From contig OZ287074.1 of the NCBI GenBank assembly GCA_965645245.1, positions 310,001 to 374,000 on the forward strand: 64,000 nt of DNA. Direction: 5' to 3'. The notes under the pieces were generated by a model. It was given only the letters and a program-made list of their open reading frames with translations. It was not told the origin of the DNA and did no database searches. The position numbers and the translations under genes were made by a program. This document shows, piece by piece, positions 48,835 to 60,228 of the stretch. Numbering within the stretch: position 1 is the first letter of the stretch; every line of letters starts with the position of its first letter. Source of the DNA: Massalongia carnosa. Taxonomy: Eukaryota.

Positions 48835-49422
48835 GATTGAGGTGGGGAGCGGTTGATGAAATAGGGAGAGAGTGATTGACGAAATAGGAGGCATGCAACT
48901 GATGCGGTCGCGATTGAATAAAGGTGAATATCCCGGTTAATCAATGAGTAGTTAGGATGTGCAGTTGATATCTATCTATGGTATGAATAATAACAGCTAA
49001 CGGTCGTAGGTTGCGGTCGAGAAGTGTTGCAAAAAGCTGCAAAATAGGTGGTAAAATGGGTGAATCCTGAGATTGAAACTACGCAGATCGCTTGCCTACG
49101 CAGACCGCTTTCCCCGACTAGAGGTGGTACACCTCGTATGGAGGCAGCTAAGCGAGGCCGACGATTACCTATGAGTATCTACCTTTTCTATTGGTCTTCT
49201 CATGCGGCCAAACATGAAGTTTCCCAACAACAGAACACAATCATATATTAGGGGTTTTCAGAGTAGAATTTCGACTTTTATAAATAAACCATTATTTCTT
49301 ATTCTATAAACCATTATTCCCGTATTTGCCATTTTGCTCTGAGTCCCCCTATCACCTTAAATTTCAAAAAGATTAATAAACTGCTTATCGCCTTATCTGA
49401 TCATCATCAAAAATCAATCATC

Positions 49423-50679
49423 ATGAAATTCTCTAAAGCATCATCTTATCAAGCTTCTGAAATGCCTCGATACAGCAACAAGCTTCTTTTACAAAGAGAT
49501 CTGTACCACCTTTTCTTAGCCAGTAGTACTCTTGCCACCTCTTCCAATGAGGCCGATGACGCTTTGGAATACCTCATTCTTTCTGAAGGATTAAAGGATC
49601 AGAGATATCTTTTTTCCAGATCTTCCATTCTCAAGTCCAATTGGGCCGTTCGAGTCCTTCCCACTCTTTCAGATGATCGATATCGAGGCTATTTACGAAT
49701 GAGTCGTATCTCCGTTCAACGAATAGTTGATTTAATTCGATCCGATTCGGTCTTCCAAAACAATTCCAATATTCAACAGGCACCGGTCGAAAGTCAACTT
49801 CAATGTGCCTTATACAAGCTTGGTCATGATGGTAGCGGAAGCGGGTTTCTTTCAACTGCCACCTTTTGGGGAGTATCCGAGGGACACGTTTTCGATTGTA
49901 CCAAGCGAGTGGTGGAGGCCTTATGTCGGTTGAGGAATAGCTTCATCAAATGGCCAACTGCAAGAGCTAGGACAAGAGAAAGCTTAGCCAATGATACTCG
50001 AGAATCAGGATTTATCGGAGTAGTAGGAAAGGTGGATGGGACGGATATAGTGCTCAGTACCAAACCTGGAGGTCGTTATGACGGCGAATTATTCTTTAAT
50101 CGAAAGAAAAGATACGCCCTGGATTTATGTGCCGTATGCGATTCCGACAAAAGATTCATTTACTTCCTCAGTGGTTGGCCAAACTCTCAGCACGATCAGA
50201 GAATCTTCGCGGCGGGAGATTTGAATAGAAATCCTCATCTTTACTTCTCGGAAGGGCAGTATCTTCTCGGCGACAGTGCCTACACCAATTCTCGCTATTT
50301 GGTGACTCCATACAAGGCCCCTCATACCAGAGATGCGAATGTTCGAAAGTTCAATAGAAGACTGTCTCGAATTCGTATTGACATCGAGCACACCTTTGGA
50401 ATTTTGAAAGGAAGATGGAAAAGTTTAACCAGGCTGAGACTTCGAATTAGAAACAAAAAAGGTTACATCTACGCCATTCGTTGGATTACTGCATGTGTAG
50501 TACTGCATAACGTTTTGTTGGACATGCATGATGAATGGGAAGAAGAAGAAGGATGGTGGAGATCAGAAGAGGAGGCTCATGATGAAGAATTAAAACATTT
50601 GGCTACAAGGCAAATGATGGAGGGCATTTTGAAAAGGGAACAGGTAAAAGATCTAGTTCTCAATGATATTGGCAGATGA
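49423..50679 (+). CDS. Harbinger-type DDE transposase (DDE_Tnp_4/HARBI1-like)
   Basis: VGKVDGTDI, NRKKRYAL, GWPNSQHD, YLLGDSAY, RIDIEHTFGILKGRW, ACVVLHN. Confidence 0.93.
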   Translation: MKFSKASSYQASEMPRYSNKLLLQRDLYHLFLASSTLATSSNEADDALEYLILSEGLKDQRYLFSRSSILKSNWAVRVLPTLSDDRYRGYLRMSRISVQRIVDLIRSDSVFQNNSNIQQAPVESQLQCALYKLGHDGSGSGFLSTATFWGVSEGHVFDCTKRVVEALCRLRNSFIKWPTARARTRESLANDTRESGFIGVVGKVDGTDIVLSTKPGGRYDGELFFNRKKRYALDLCAVCDSDKRFIYFLSGWPNSQHDQRIFAAGDLNRNPHLYFSEGQYLLGDSAYTNSRYLVTPYKAPHTRDANVRKFNRRLSRIRIDIEHTFGILKGRWKSLTRLRLRIRNKKGYIYAIRWITACVVLHNVLLDMHDEWEEEEGWWRSEEEAHDEELKHLATRQMMEGILKREQVKDLVLNDIGR

Positions 50680-50728
50680 CTATTAAGCAAAATGCATCTC
50701 ATCTTTGAGACATCAATGAAATAAAATC

Positions 50729-51697
50729 TTATCTCTGGGACGTCTTCTCCAGCTCGATTTGTAGTCGTCGCATGGTCTCCTCATGTTGCATTTTAGCCAT
50801 GATAAAGGATTCTTCATGCTTCAAAATAATCTCCTGATGATGCTGATCTCGTTGCTTGATTTCTAGATCATTATTCCTTTGCAGTCTAGCCTGATCAATC
50901 TCGAAATCTTTAGATTTCATGAGTTGAACCTCAATCATTGCATCACCCACGGACTTGTTTTTAGATCTTTGCTTACTTAGCTTGGGACGAGACGTCTCGC
51001 TGTCGCTGTCCACATTCCAGGGACGTTTAGTGGATGATCCCATCTTCTTGTTAAGGGTAGAAGGTTTTAAATGTTTAACCGTCTTCTTCTTCATCGGACC
51101 TTCTTTCAACAAATCCGTTTCGGATTGATTATCTTCATCTGTAGTCTTATCCTTAAGATCAATCTCGAAGTTATCATCTTCTGAATCATCGTTCAGTTCT
51201 TTTCCGCCTGTCATCAATTCTGTAGTAACATCAGGCTGAGTGGACTCTATGAGAAATGGAGGGGTAATAGTAGGTAGATCCCCCATGATCTCTTCAAATT
51301 CATAGTACCATGCGCATTTCTTCAAGATAACCTCCTTGATTGTCTCCCCGCGAGTTTTGTCGGCGACAACATCATGATTGGTAGGATCCACTCCCCATCC
51401 AGTTGTATCGGCCAGACTCCGCGTCTCTTTGAAAGTCTTTATCATCTGACCGATTTTGTCCCTCGTCTTTTCCTTTGAGATGTCCGGTCGTTGCAGTCCC
51501 AATCCACTTTCTTCCAACAAACGTCTGGATGCCTCCACTTTATTACTCTTTTGATAGGTGTTTAGATGAGTAAGGACTCCATCGCCATCTCGAAAGCAAA
51601 GCCATTGAACAATCTGCTGAATGTCTTCATCTTTCCATCTGATGTTGGGAGCCTGGCGAGTTCGAACGATACGAGTAGGAGGGGGTGTGGACGTCAT
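50729..51697 (-). CDS. Harbinger second ORF, Myb/SANT-like DNA-binding protein
   Basis: NIRWKDEDIQQIVQWL, TGWG, KKCAWYYEFEEIMGD and a coiled-coil C-terminus; lies inside the TIRs. Confidence 0.8.
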   Translation of the reverse strand: MTSTPPPTRIVRTRQAPNIRWKDEDIQQIVQWLCFRDGDGVLTHLNTYQKSNKVEASRRLLEESGLGLQRPDISKEKTRDKIGQMIKTFKETRSLADTTGWGVDPTNHDVVADKTRGETIKEVILKKCAWYYEFEEIMGDLPTITPPFLIESTQPDVTTELMTGGKELNDDSEDDNFEIDLKDKTTDEDNQSETDLLKEGPMKKKTVKHLKPSTLNKKMGSSTKRPWNVDSDSETSRPKLSKQRSKNKSVGDAMIEVQLMKSKDFEIDQARLQRNNDLEIKQRDQHHQEIILKHEESFIMAKMQHEETMRRLQIELEKTSQR

Positions 51698-52602
51698 CTT
51701 TATTTTAGAACTGTTGAGGCTGATTCTGAGAATTTCTATTAACTAGATTTTGAGCCCTGACAAGAACACCCTGACAAGAACAGTGGTCAGCTATGAAAGA
51801 AGACGAGGTAGTAGTATTCTTACCTTAATTGTACGATTCGTTGATGCCGTTGATCATTTACCTTATAATTCTGATGAATGAGGTTAGTGGATTGAAGGAT
51901 TTATGAGATACGGGTTTATGAGATAATGGTTTATCGGTCGATTATTCCCGTGTTCCCGTATTTATAAAAAAAAGGGGTAGAGTTAAACCTATATAGGTTT
52001 AGTCTGCTTACTAATATTTACGGGAAAACGGGAATAATGGTTTATAGACTCGAAAATTTCTACTCTGAAAACCCCTATTAACAAGTATTCTTCTCCAACA
52101 CCAAAAACCTCGCGAGAATATAACAGCAACATGCTATGTAAAGGAGACAGAATACTCAAAACTTAGGCTGCCAAATTTATCGTTGTCATAGTGGTTCTGT
52201 AATGTCGTTCGCGGTATTGGTTTGTGCATATTTCGTAGCATAGTTGCCGTTAGTATCTTCACAACACAGAACCGATTTGAGCTCAGGATCTATTGTTATC
52301 TAGTTCAACAGAACTGTTGAGCCACCGAGAAGATATTAAATGAGGTTTCTAAGCATTCTTCTTTGATGTCTAGACCACCATTATATATCCGTTATCTTTT
52401 TTGTTCTGTTATTGCTTCTTCTATTTACCAACGTGTAATCTTCCCAGGCTTATCCTTACCTATTCTACAATTTATTAATAATCAGCTGATACACTTGATC
52501 TTTTTAGACAAATGAGGGAACTGTGAGATGCCAAATGCATGCAAGAATGGCAAAGTACCCAGCAAAAGACAAAAAAATGATTTGCACCATGCCAGGACCA
52601 TC

Positions 52603-53052
52603 CTAGCCAACAACCTTCCTCAAAAATTCTTCAATCTCCTTATCCGAGTCTGCTTCTTCTTCCTCTTCCGCTCTCAATTGTTCTTCAGCATCGACGATAC
52701 TCTTGATCAGCTTCCTCTGTCGTCGTCTAGCATTTCCTCCCCAGTTCGTTCCTGTCGCACCAACAATTTCTTCCTCACTCTCGCTATCGTCAGGTATGTC
52801 TACATGCCCACGCAGAGAATCAGGAGAAACAGCTGCTGAAGAGGAAATCTCGGTCCCGTCGAGTTCTCTCTCGTGGTCTGCGGCTTGGAACCGACCGCCT
52901 AGTTTTATCAAGTAAGGTCGTAATAAACAATAACCGCCAACAATGACAAGGAGCCTGATATAATCTTTAGGAGTAAGGTTTCTTGAAGATTGTGCGGCAT
53001 GGTCTCGGAAATCTTGGACCCAAGCTTGGAAATTTGAGCTAGTGAACGACAT
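52603..53052 (-). CDS. PGA2: Pga2-like trafficking protein
   Basis: DYIRLLVIVGGYCLLRPYL TM motif, WGGNARRRQRK, DSDKEIEEFL C-terminus. Confidence 0.8.
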   Translation of the reverse strand: MSFTSSNFQAWVQDFRDHAAQSSRNLTPKDYIRLLVIVGGYCLLRPYLIKLGGRFQAADHERELDGTEISSSAAVSPDSLRGHVDIPDDSESEEEIVGATGTNWGGNARRRQRKLIKSIVDAEEQLRAEEEEEADSDKEIEEFLRKVVG

Positions 53053-53408
53053 CAGGAAGGTTGCTAGAGAATGTAAGCATTGGTGTTGAGTACTCTATAG
53101 TTCTATGGTAAATTAGATACAGACACTTTGGCATAGTAGTTGATAAACTTGTGAGATGGTGGTAGTCGTCCAAACTTTGCGTGAGTTGAGATATACAGAA
53201 TGGTTATTTCCTGTGGAGATAAACCATGCTAAATTACCTTAGACTAAGTTGATGCACGTGCTTTGGTGTTTGGATTTATTAGGTAACGTTAGGTAAGCTT
53301 GCATCGTCTCAACGTGACAAATGAATCCTTCAGGCCTTCTCCGTACATTATCTTCCTTAGCTATCATACTTAGACCTCTAGAAAATAACACCAACCCTAC
53401 AGTAGAGC

Positions 53409-53905
53409 ATGGCCAGTCGGGAAGATGAGGCGTTGGAGGAGGTAAAATTTAAGGATCCGTCCTCTATGAATGCTTCGGCTAATAGTGTAGCGTCTGAAAG
53501 CTGCTTTGTGGTTTTCAGTTGGCAAAATTGTGGACGAGGAAACGCTCAAACTTGGAGTCAATGCTACACCGCAGTTTATTGGAGCACTGACAGAGCTGGT
53601 TTGGGCACAAATAGGTATATTTAAGGTAACTAACAGGAAGGGTAACTGGCATGCTAACTAGGTGCGCTCTGATAGAGAACATAAGTCAGGATCTTGAGAG
53701 CTTTTCCCAGTAGGTATGTCTACATCAAACGCCATTAGCAGGACTATTATAGCTAACTATTAGCGATAGACACGCCGGTCGTACAACAGTTTTAACAGAT
53801 GATGTCTTACTCCTTTCACGTAGGAATGAAGGCTTAGAGGCTGTGCTGCAGAATTTTCTTTCCACCTTCCAACACATCAAAACCAAAGCTGTTACCCGGC
53901 GATAA
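53409..53905 (+). CDS. MHF1: CENP-S / MHF1 histone-fold protein (4 exons, not in ORF track)
   Basis: Exons 53409-53441, 53491-53614, 53676-53709, 53770-53905 give RLKAALWFSVGKIVDEE...ATPQFIGALTELVWAQIENISQDLESFSQHAGRTTVLTDDVLLLSRRNEGL. Confidence 0.92.
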
Positions 53906-54729
53906 GTGTTGCAATCAACTCCTAGGTTGGCAAACCTGCAGATTCTGATACGAAGATTGCTGGGAGGCTCAAACATACCTGATGCATATTGCGCGGAGGA
54001 TAAGAAAACTGTCAAGATAGCTTGCTACTGCTAATCTGGATCTACAAGGTCATGAAATATCGGTCAGACTGGACAGTGTATCCTTTGCAGTTGATCGCAA
54101 TTCATTTAGAGGCCGCATCCACCGAAGCAGCAGCAATAGTCGGCTAAAGTAGCTCTGATGTTCGAATTATCTGCGTATTCGACCTCAACTTGGATCTAAA
54201 AATCAATCATCAGCATTTCCCAAGGAAGAGAAATCTTTCCTTCAAATCCAAAGCTAAGAATTGAAGATCGGTCACCAATCCTTTCATTCTACGCATCTGT
54301 GACGGCATGGCTGTTAGGTTATTGCAGAATATTATCCTGAATAAATCTAGACTTTGATGTGATCCAAAAGGTCGAATGATTTAAGGCATATCTCCTTTAT
54401 GCACCTCATTTATATCTAAGATAGCCGAAAAATGTATGCGGAGTCTCGGTTTTTGTAGGGTCAAATTCATAATAAAGTATAATGACCGTTTAGTACAAAT
54501 AATAGCCAACCCGTGTTATATTTCAATGTTGCCCCATTAGGAGTTATTCCACTACACATTACTAGGAATATTTGCGTTTACACCATATTATCGGGTGTGC
54601 TTCATAGATTACAGGGTGGCTTTAACCAAACTTTTGATTATGGCCTTTCTTCTATGATTTTATCTGTTCTTTACGTCTTCCCATTGTTTTCAGTTGCAGC
54701 CGATGGCTAACCTAAGGCAATTCGTTTAC

Positions 54730-55440
54730 AACGTCTAGAAATCTCCCTAAGCACAGGTCGTTGGAATGAAAATATACCAGCTTCACCCAAACGGCAATTT
54801 TGACGAGTGTTCATTATGCGCGAACGGCTAAAATACCTTGATCGAGGTCTGCTGTATACCTGCAGCGTCAAAAGCTACCTCACTCCTTGCCCTTGGCCAA
54901 TCTCCATTACTCTATCAAAATGCTGTCTTTCGCCGGGTCGAGCACGTAAAGTGCTCCAAATTTTCTTACAAACTCTCTACGTCGAGGCGCCGCTTTGCGA
55001 AATGAAAACTGTCTCTGCCCCTCGAGTTTTCAGAACCTGCACCATTGCTAGGCTGAGTGGTCCATCACCAAAATGTAAACAGAATCTCCTTCGTCGAATG
55101 GACTTGTATTTATCGCAGCACTTTAGAGGTCCTTCTTTGCAAGCACCACATGTGTTATCAAGAATGATTGGTTGCACGACTACTCTTTCACCAATTCGGA
55201 TACCTTTCACCAACGTTAGTTCCACCTCTTATATCGTTCCCCTAAATCCATAGCCGAAGGGCAACAGGTTCCGGTACTAAGATGTGGCGTCGTGGGTATT
55301 AGGTTTGCGCCACCAAGATAATCATGGAAATTTCTTTAAGTTGCTTTCCTGTATCTCATTGCAACAGTTGTCCCAACTTATGCGGGTTTACCAATTAAAG
55401 ACGGATTAGTACTGTGCCAGCAAAACCCACCTTCACCTAA
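54730..55440 (-). pseudogene. Decayed Zn-dependent MDR (2,3-butanediol dehydrogenase-like)
   Basis: Fragments in shifting frames: VKVGFAG, HDYLGGANLIPTTPH, IGERVVVQPIILDNTCGACKEG, GPLSLAMVQVLKTRGA, VAFDAAGIQQT; stops, frameshifts and an internal deletion. Boundaries approximate. Confidence 0.7.
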
Positions 55441-56128
55441 CCTTTTGTCACACCTATCCAGTTAGCTTTACTAACACTGGGTAAGATAAAAGTCTTATAG
55501 CCACGACTAAGCGAAGAATATGGATATTTCTTAATGGAGTTATTGGAAGTATGAGAAAGAGGTATTAGTACAATGCTACATTATAGATGCGAATCGTACG
55601 GGGGTACAACACGAAGACTCCTCTGGTTACAAAAGTTGAAAGATGTCTTAAACTCTTTGGCCTCACCATTTATTTTACTACCTATGCAAAGTCTTACGGT
55701 CAGTGCGGTGGAACTTCCGTACCTAGGTACCTGGTCGACTGTGGTTAATCTGAGGTGGCAAATATAGGCATGGTTCTGGCTCTCCTCGGAATCGACTTTT
55801 AATCTACGTCATCTCGTACTTCTATACCGATGGGATTTATGAAGGTTGCGGTCCGGCCTTGATGAAGTCATGCAAAAGCTTCGTGCGCTTCCCAATGGTA
55901 GGCTCACCAATCATCTCCTTAATCATGTGGGTCCTCTTGACTTGTGCGTTCGAAAATCCGGCAGTTGGAGGTTTAGGTTATCACTGAGTGACATCAGTGA
56001 CATTACCTCATTGAAAATCTTCGGTAGAGAAAGTATTAAGTTGTTACGCCATCATTTCCTAAACTTTAAGTTCTACGATTCTCATTTCGTTCTGCTTTAT
56101 TTCTGTTATTTCACTTTCTCTAATCATC

Positions 56129-57389
56129 ATGGGTTATCCGGATACCTTTGAGGGTTTCATGGTAACGTCCCAAAAGAATTGGAGCGATTTTAAGAAGCAA
56201 GAAGTTTGTTCATGTCCAACATGTCTACGAACAATCAAGTCGCTGATTAGACCAGTTTAAACCGAAACCTTTCGAAGACCGTGATATCGATATTCGAATC
56301 GAGGCTTGCGGTGTATGTGGTTCTGATGTTCATACCATCACCGGCGGATGGGGAGAGCCTAATTTGCCCCTTTGCGTCGGACATGAGATAGTTGGCAAGG
56401 CAATCAGAGTCGGCGATAAAGTGACAACTGTCAAAGTTGGAGACCGCGTTGGTGTTGGCGCTCAGATATGGGCATGCTTAGAATGCAAGATTTGCAAATC
56501 GGACAATGAAAACTACTGTCCTCATCAAATTGGTATTGTACTTCTGCAATATAATCAGCTTCAAGATAAAATGCTCATGCGAAGAACAGATACCTATAAT
56601 GCCCCGTATCCCGATGGTACTATTTCTCAAGGTGGATACGCCAGCCACATAAGGGCACATGAGTACTTCACCTTTCGCATTCCAGGTAATATCTCATCTG
56701 AAAGTGCCGCACCGATGCTCTGTGCTGGAATTACAACGTGGAGTCCTCTCATTCGCGCCAAAACGGGTCCTGGCAAAAAAGTAGCGATTCTAGGAATGTA
56801 AGTATTGGCCAGGACATGGAATACCGGCTCTTTTAGGATACGCTGACAAGTAGCCATTTTCAGTGGTGGCCTTGGCCATTTCGGTCTTCTTTGGGCCTCT
56901 GCTCTCGGCGCTGAAACTTATGCTATTTCTCACAGTCCCGATAAAGAGAAAGATGCCCTCGCTCTTGGTGCTAAAGAGTTTATTTGTACTCAAAAGAAAG
57001 ACTGGGCTAAACCATGGGCGTTCACCTTCGATTTCATTTTGAATGCTGCCGATATGACGCACACGTTCAATCTTTCCGAGTACATGTCCACTCTAGCCGT
57101 TAACGGCACATTCCATAATGTTGGGCTTCCTGATCAGCCACTACCACAATTGAAAGCACAGGATTTCGCACCGAACGGATCCAATATTGGAGCCAGCCAC
57201 ATAGGGTCTCGGCCTGAAATTCTGAGCATGTTGAAGTTGGCCAGCGAGAAGAATATCAAGCCGTATATTCAGACATTGGAGGTCAGTGAGAAGGGATGCA
57301 AAGAGGCTGTAGAAAGGGTGAAAGTCAACGATGTGCGATATCGTTTTACGCTTGTCAATTTTGACAAGGCATTTCCTGGCCGGGAATAA
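56129..57389 (+). CDS. NADP-dependent alcohol dehydrogenase (cinnamyl-ADH / Adh6-7-like)
   Basis: ACGVCGSDVH, GHEIVG, CLECKICKSDNENYC, APMLCAGIT, GGLGHFG, VRYRFTL; three introns. Confidence 0.93.
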
Positions 57390-58104
57390 GATGGTAGTAC
57401 AAGCGCAACATCGAGCATAAATGCGAGGACTATCATGCGAGCGTGGAATGTATCTAGCAAAATAAGCATTGGCATTCAGTTTCCCAAACTAAAGTTTTCA
57501 TTCCAAGGTGTACAAATTTATTGTCGGCTCAAACTTACGTTGTAGTCTGCTTTTCTAGGTTTATATGGCGGGTACACTATTTCCTGAAGTATACCAACTT
57601 CAGTCCTCATGACGTTGATAAACGTAATGCATGATTGCCTAACTAGTGACTGGGCCCTAGTTTCGGGTTCGAGCCATCAATCGTTTCAAGCGTTTCGTGT
57701 TCAGCATCAAATTAAACGGCTTTCATCTCCGCTAGCTGTTATCGATGAGATTCTACTCTGTACACGGGGATATAACTTACCAACTTGTCAAGACACTCCG
57801 TCCCACCAGTTCCACCACTTGATTTCTCTAAACCACCACATCAGCGCCATCACCTCAGCATTAAATAAACTTTAATTACTATCTAGGAGAAATAGGGATT
57901 AATTTTATCGAACCTCCAAGAACAAGGCTGAATCTTAGATGGACTAAAGTTCGCACTAAGGAAGCCATCTTCAGAGAGTACGGAGTATGTACGGAGTACT
58001 TTCCGTTAGTTAGTCTTTGGTACGTCATCATTTATAGAATACGTCATGGTAGAAAGTTGGGTAGGTACCTAACCTAATCCGGAGTGACTTTAATTAAGCC
58101 AGTA

Positions 58105-60046
58105 ATCGTGCTAGACCACTTTCGGAATGCAGAGAGCACCCCTTAGTGCTTACCGGCTCAAAGACGCTACCGGCTCAAAGACGCATTTTCAACATTTTAC
58201 ACCTCAACTTCGACACGTCAACAATCAACAACATAATGGTCAATTCATATTCAGCTATCGAGGATCGAATTGACAGTGCAATTGACGCGTTACATGATGG
58301 TTTGTATACTAATTGTCGAGCTGCAGCTATAGCTTTTGACGTTGCCCCTCGTACGGTTCAAAAACGATGGAATGGAGGCAACTCCAAAAGCAGTCGACCT
58401 AGTACCAACAAAGCTCTGACGGATGAGCAAGAACAAGCTGTTCGTGACTACATCGAGCGATTGGACAAGGCCAACATGTGTGCGCGACCCAAATTGATCG
58501 TGGGGGCTGCAAATTATCTGATTCGTTTTGAGAATCGTACTCTTGGTCATCAGTGGCTGAAGCGATTTCTTGATCGAAATCCCGAGCTTCATGTACGAAA
58601 ACAGAAGCCTCTCGCAGTCGATCGAAAAAATAGTCACGACGTTAACGATATGGTTGAATATTTCAGCAAATTAGAAAGGGTGATGAGGGAAAAGGGAATA
58701 ACGGAGCTGGATGTATGGAATATGGACGAAACAGGCTTTCGAATTGGATGCGGACGAGCTCAAATAGTAATCACCTTGGACCCACGAAAGCCTCTTCGTA
58801 TGACTGATCCGGATAATCGTGACTACATTACTTCTGTAGAGTGTATCAGCTCGGCCGGTGACGTTATTCCACCATTACTTATTCTTTCGGGTATTCATAT
58901 TCTTCATAAATGGTGTCAACACAACGATCTCGACGGAGAGACGTTGATTGGGACCAGCGAGACCGGCTATTCAAATGACGATTTAGCCATGGATTGGCTT
59001 CGTCATTTCATCGAGCATACACGGACTAAAAGACGTGGAGCTTGGCTACTTCTAGTCATCGACGGGTTTGGGTCTCATTCAACCATTCCGTTTTTGAAGC
59101 TGGCCACTGAAAATCAGATCGTTCTATTTCGTCTTCCAGCACATTCTACTCATTTGACTCAGCCGTTAGATGTAGGTGTTTTTCAGCCGTACAAACACTA
59201 TCATGCTGAGGCCATTGATCATGCGATACGAATGGGAGACACGGAATTTGGAAAATTGGAATTTTTAGCCGCATTCCAGGAATTTCGCAACAAGACATTC
59301 AAATCATCTACTATTCGTCATGCATTCAGGACCACCGGCATCGTCCCATTCAATCCGAACATGGTACTCGACGTCATTCGTCAGAAGCAAGCTGCAGCCT
59401 TGGAAATTAGGAATGAACCCCGCACCCCGAGCCCCCTACCTCTTCAATTTCATGAGCGCACCCCTCGAGGCCCCGAATCAATCAGAAAATTCGGTCACAA
59501 ATTGCAAAGGGCATTGACCGCGGCCGGGCCGATCGGTGGATGGATGGATAAAAAAACAGTGGACGGTTTTCAGAAATTTATTAGGGCCTCCATCACCTCC
59601 GCCAACACCCTAGATTTGACTACGCGGGACCTTCAGCAAGTGCAAAAAGCCACCACATCGCGTAAAAGTCGGGCCGCTCTCGGGGGTCAGGTAGCTGCAA
59701 AGGGTGGAGTCATAAAAGTCAGTCAATGTAGAGAATTATGTTCAATTCGTCAAAAAAAAGAGGAAGAAAAGGCTAGACGAAAGGAACAAAGGGAGGCTAA
59801 TAAGGGGAAAAAGGCCTCATCAACCCAGTTAGACAACGTCCGATTTTTACTAGGGCAGGGCCTGTTAGTAGAACAGACTGAGCAGTAGATTTTAAACCCG
59901 AAATGAAGCTATTTGGACGTCTTTTCATGAAGGTCTGATTTTTTTAATGTTGAGGTGTTGAAAAATGCGTCTTTGAGCCGGTAGCGTCTTTGAGCCGGTA
60001 AGCACTAAGGGGTGCTCTCTGCATTCCGAAAGTGGTCTAGCACGAT
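58105..60046 (+). mobile_element. pogo/Fot1-family transposon, intact
   Basis: Perfect 85-bp TIRs 58105-58189 / 59962-60046 with a tandem 17-bp repeat (TACCGGCTCAAAGACGC x2); TA on both sides. Confidence 0.96.
58236..59888 (+). CDS. pogo/Fot1 transposase, intact 550 aa
   Basis: N-terminal HTH, WNMDETGF, VIDGFGSH, PAHSTHLTQPLDVGVF. Confidence 0.95.
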   Translation: MVNSYSAIEDRIDSAIDALHDGLYTNCRAAAIAFDVAPRTVQKRWNGGNSKSSRPSTNKALTDEQEQAVRDYIERLDKANMCARPKLIVGAANYLIRFENRTLGHQWLKRFLDRNPELHVRKQKPLAVDRKNSHDVNDMVEYFSKLERVMREKGITELDVWNMDETGFRIGCGRAQIVITLDPRKPLRMTDPDNRDYITSVECISSAGDVIPPLLILSGIHILHKWCQHNDLDGETLIGTSETGYSNDDLAMDWLRHFIEHTRTKRRGAWLLLVIDGFGSHSTIPFLKLATENQIVLFRLPAHSTHLTQPLDVGVFQPYKHYHAEAIDHAIRMGDTEFGKLEFLAAFQEFRNKTFKSSTIRHAFRTTGIVPFNPNMVLDVIRQKQAAALEIRNEPRTPSPLPLQFHERTPRGPESIRKFGHKLQRALTAAGPIGGWMDKKTVDGFQKFIRASITSANTLDLTTRDLQQVQKATTSRKSRAALGGQVAAKGGVIKVSQCRELCSIRQKKEEEKARRKEQREANKGKKASSTQLDNVRFLLGQGLLVEQTEQ

Positions 60047-60228
60047 TAATCGGAGCTGGCATCTACTTACTCAAGATTCGGTTATCGACAAAGCGCCATG
60101 CATCGGTTTTGTTAGAGCACTTTAAGTGACGGTTGCAAGTTTTAATGATTGCAAAATGGCAACAGCCTGCATGTTTACGGCAGTACTCGTACAGAGAATT
60201 TACCAACAGCATTGTGGGGCTCCGATAA

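Larger units (their letters stand above)
45966..49165 (-). mobile_element. pogo/Fot1-family transposon with long (about 235 bp) TIRs, internally deleted, left TIR interrupted by a Tc1-like element
   Basis: TA-ATCGTCGGCCTCGC... at 45964-66 and ...GCGAGGCCGACGAT-TA at 49165-67; left TIR = 45966-46009 plus approx. 47343-47532, right TIR approx. 48931-49165. Confidence 0.93.
49250..52076. mobile_element. PIF/Harbinger (PHIS) superfamily transposon, two convergent ORFs, apparently intact
   Basis: TIR AGGGGTTTTCAGAGTAGAA / TTCTACTCTGAAAACCCCT; ATT duplicated at 49247-49 and 52077-79 (alternatively TATTA 5 bp); subterminal AAACCATTATT(CCCG) repeats at both ends. Confidence 0.92.
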
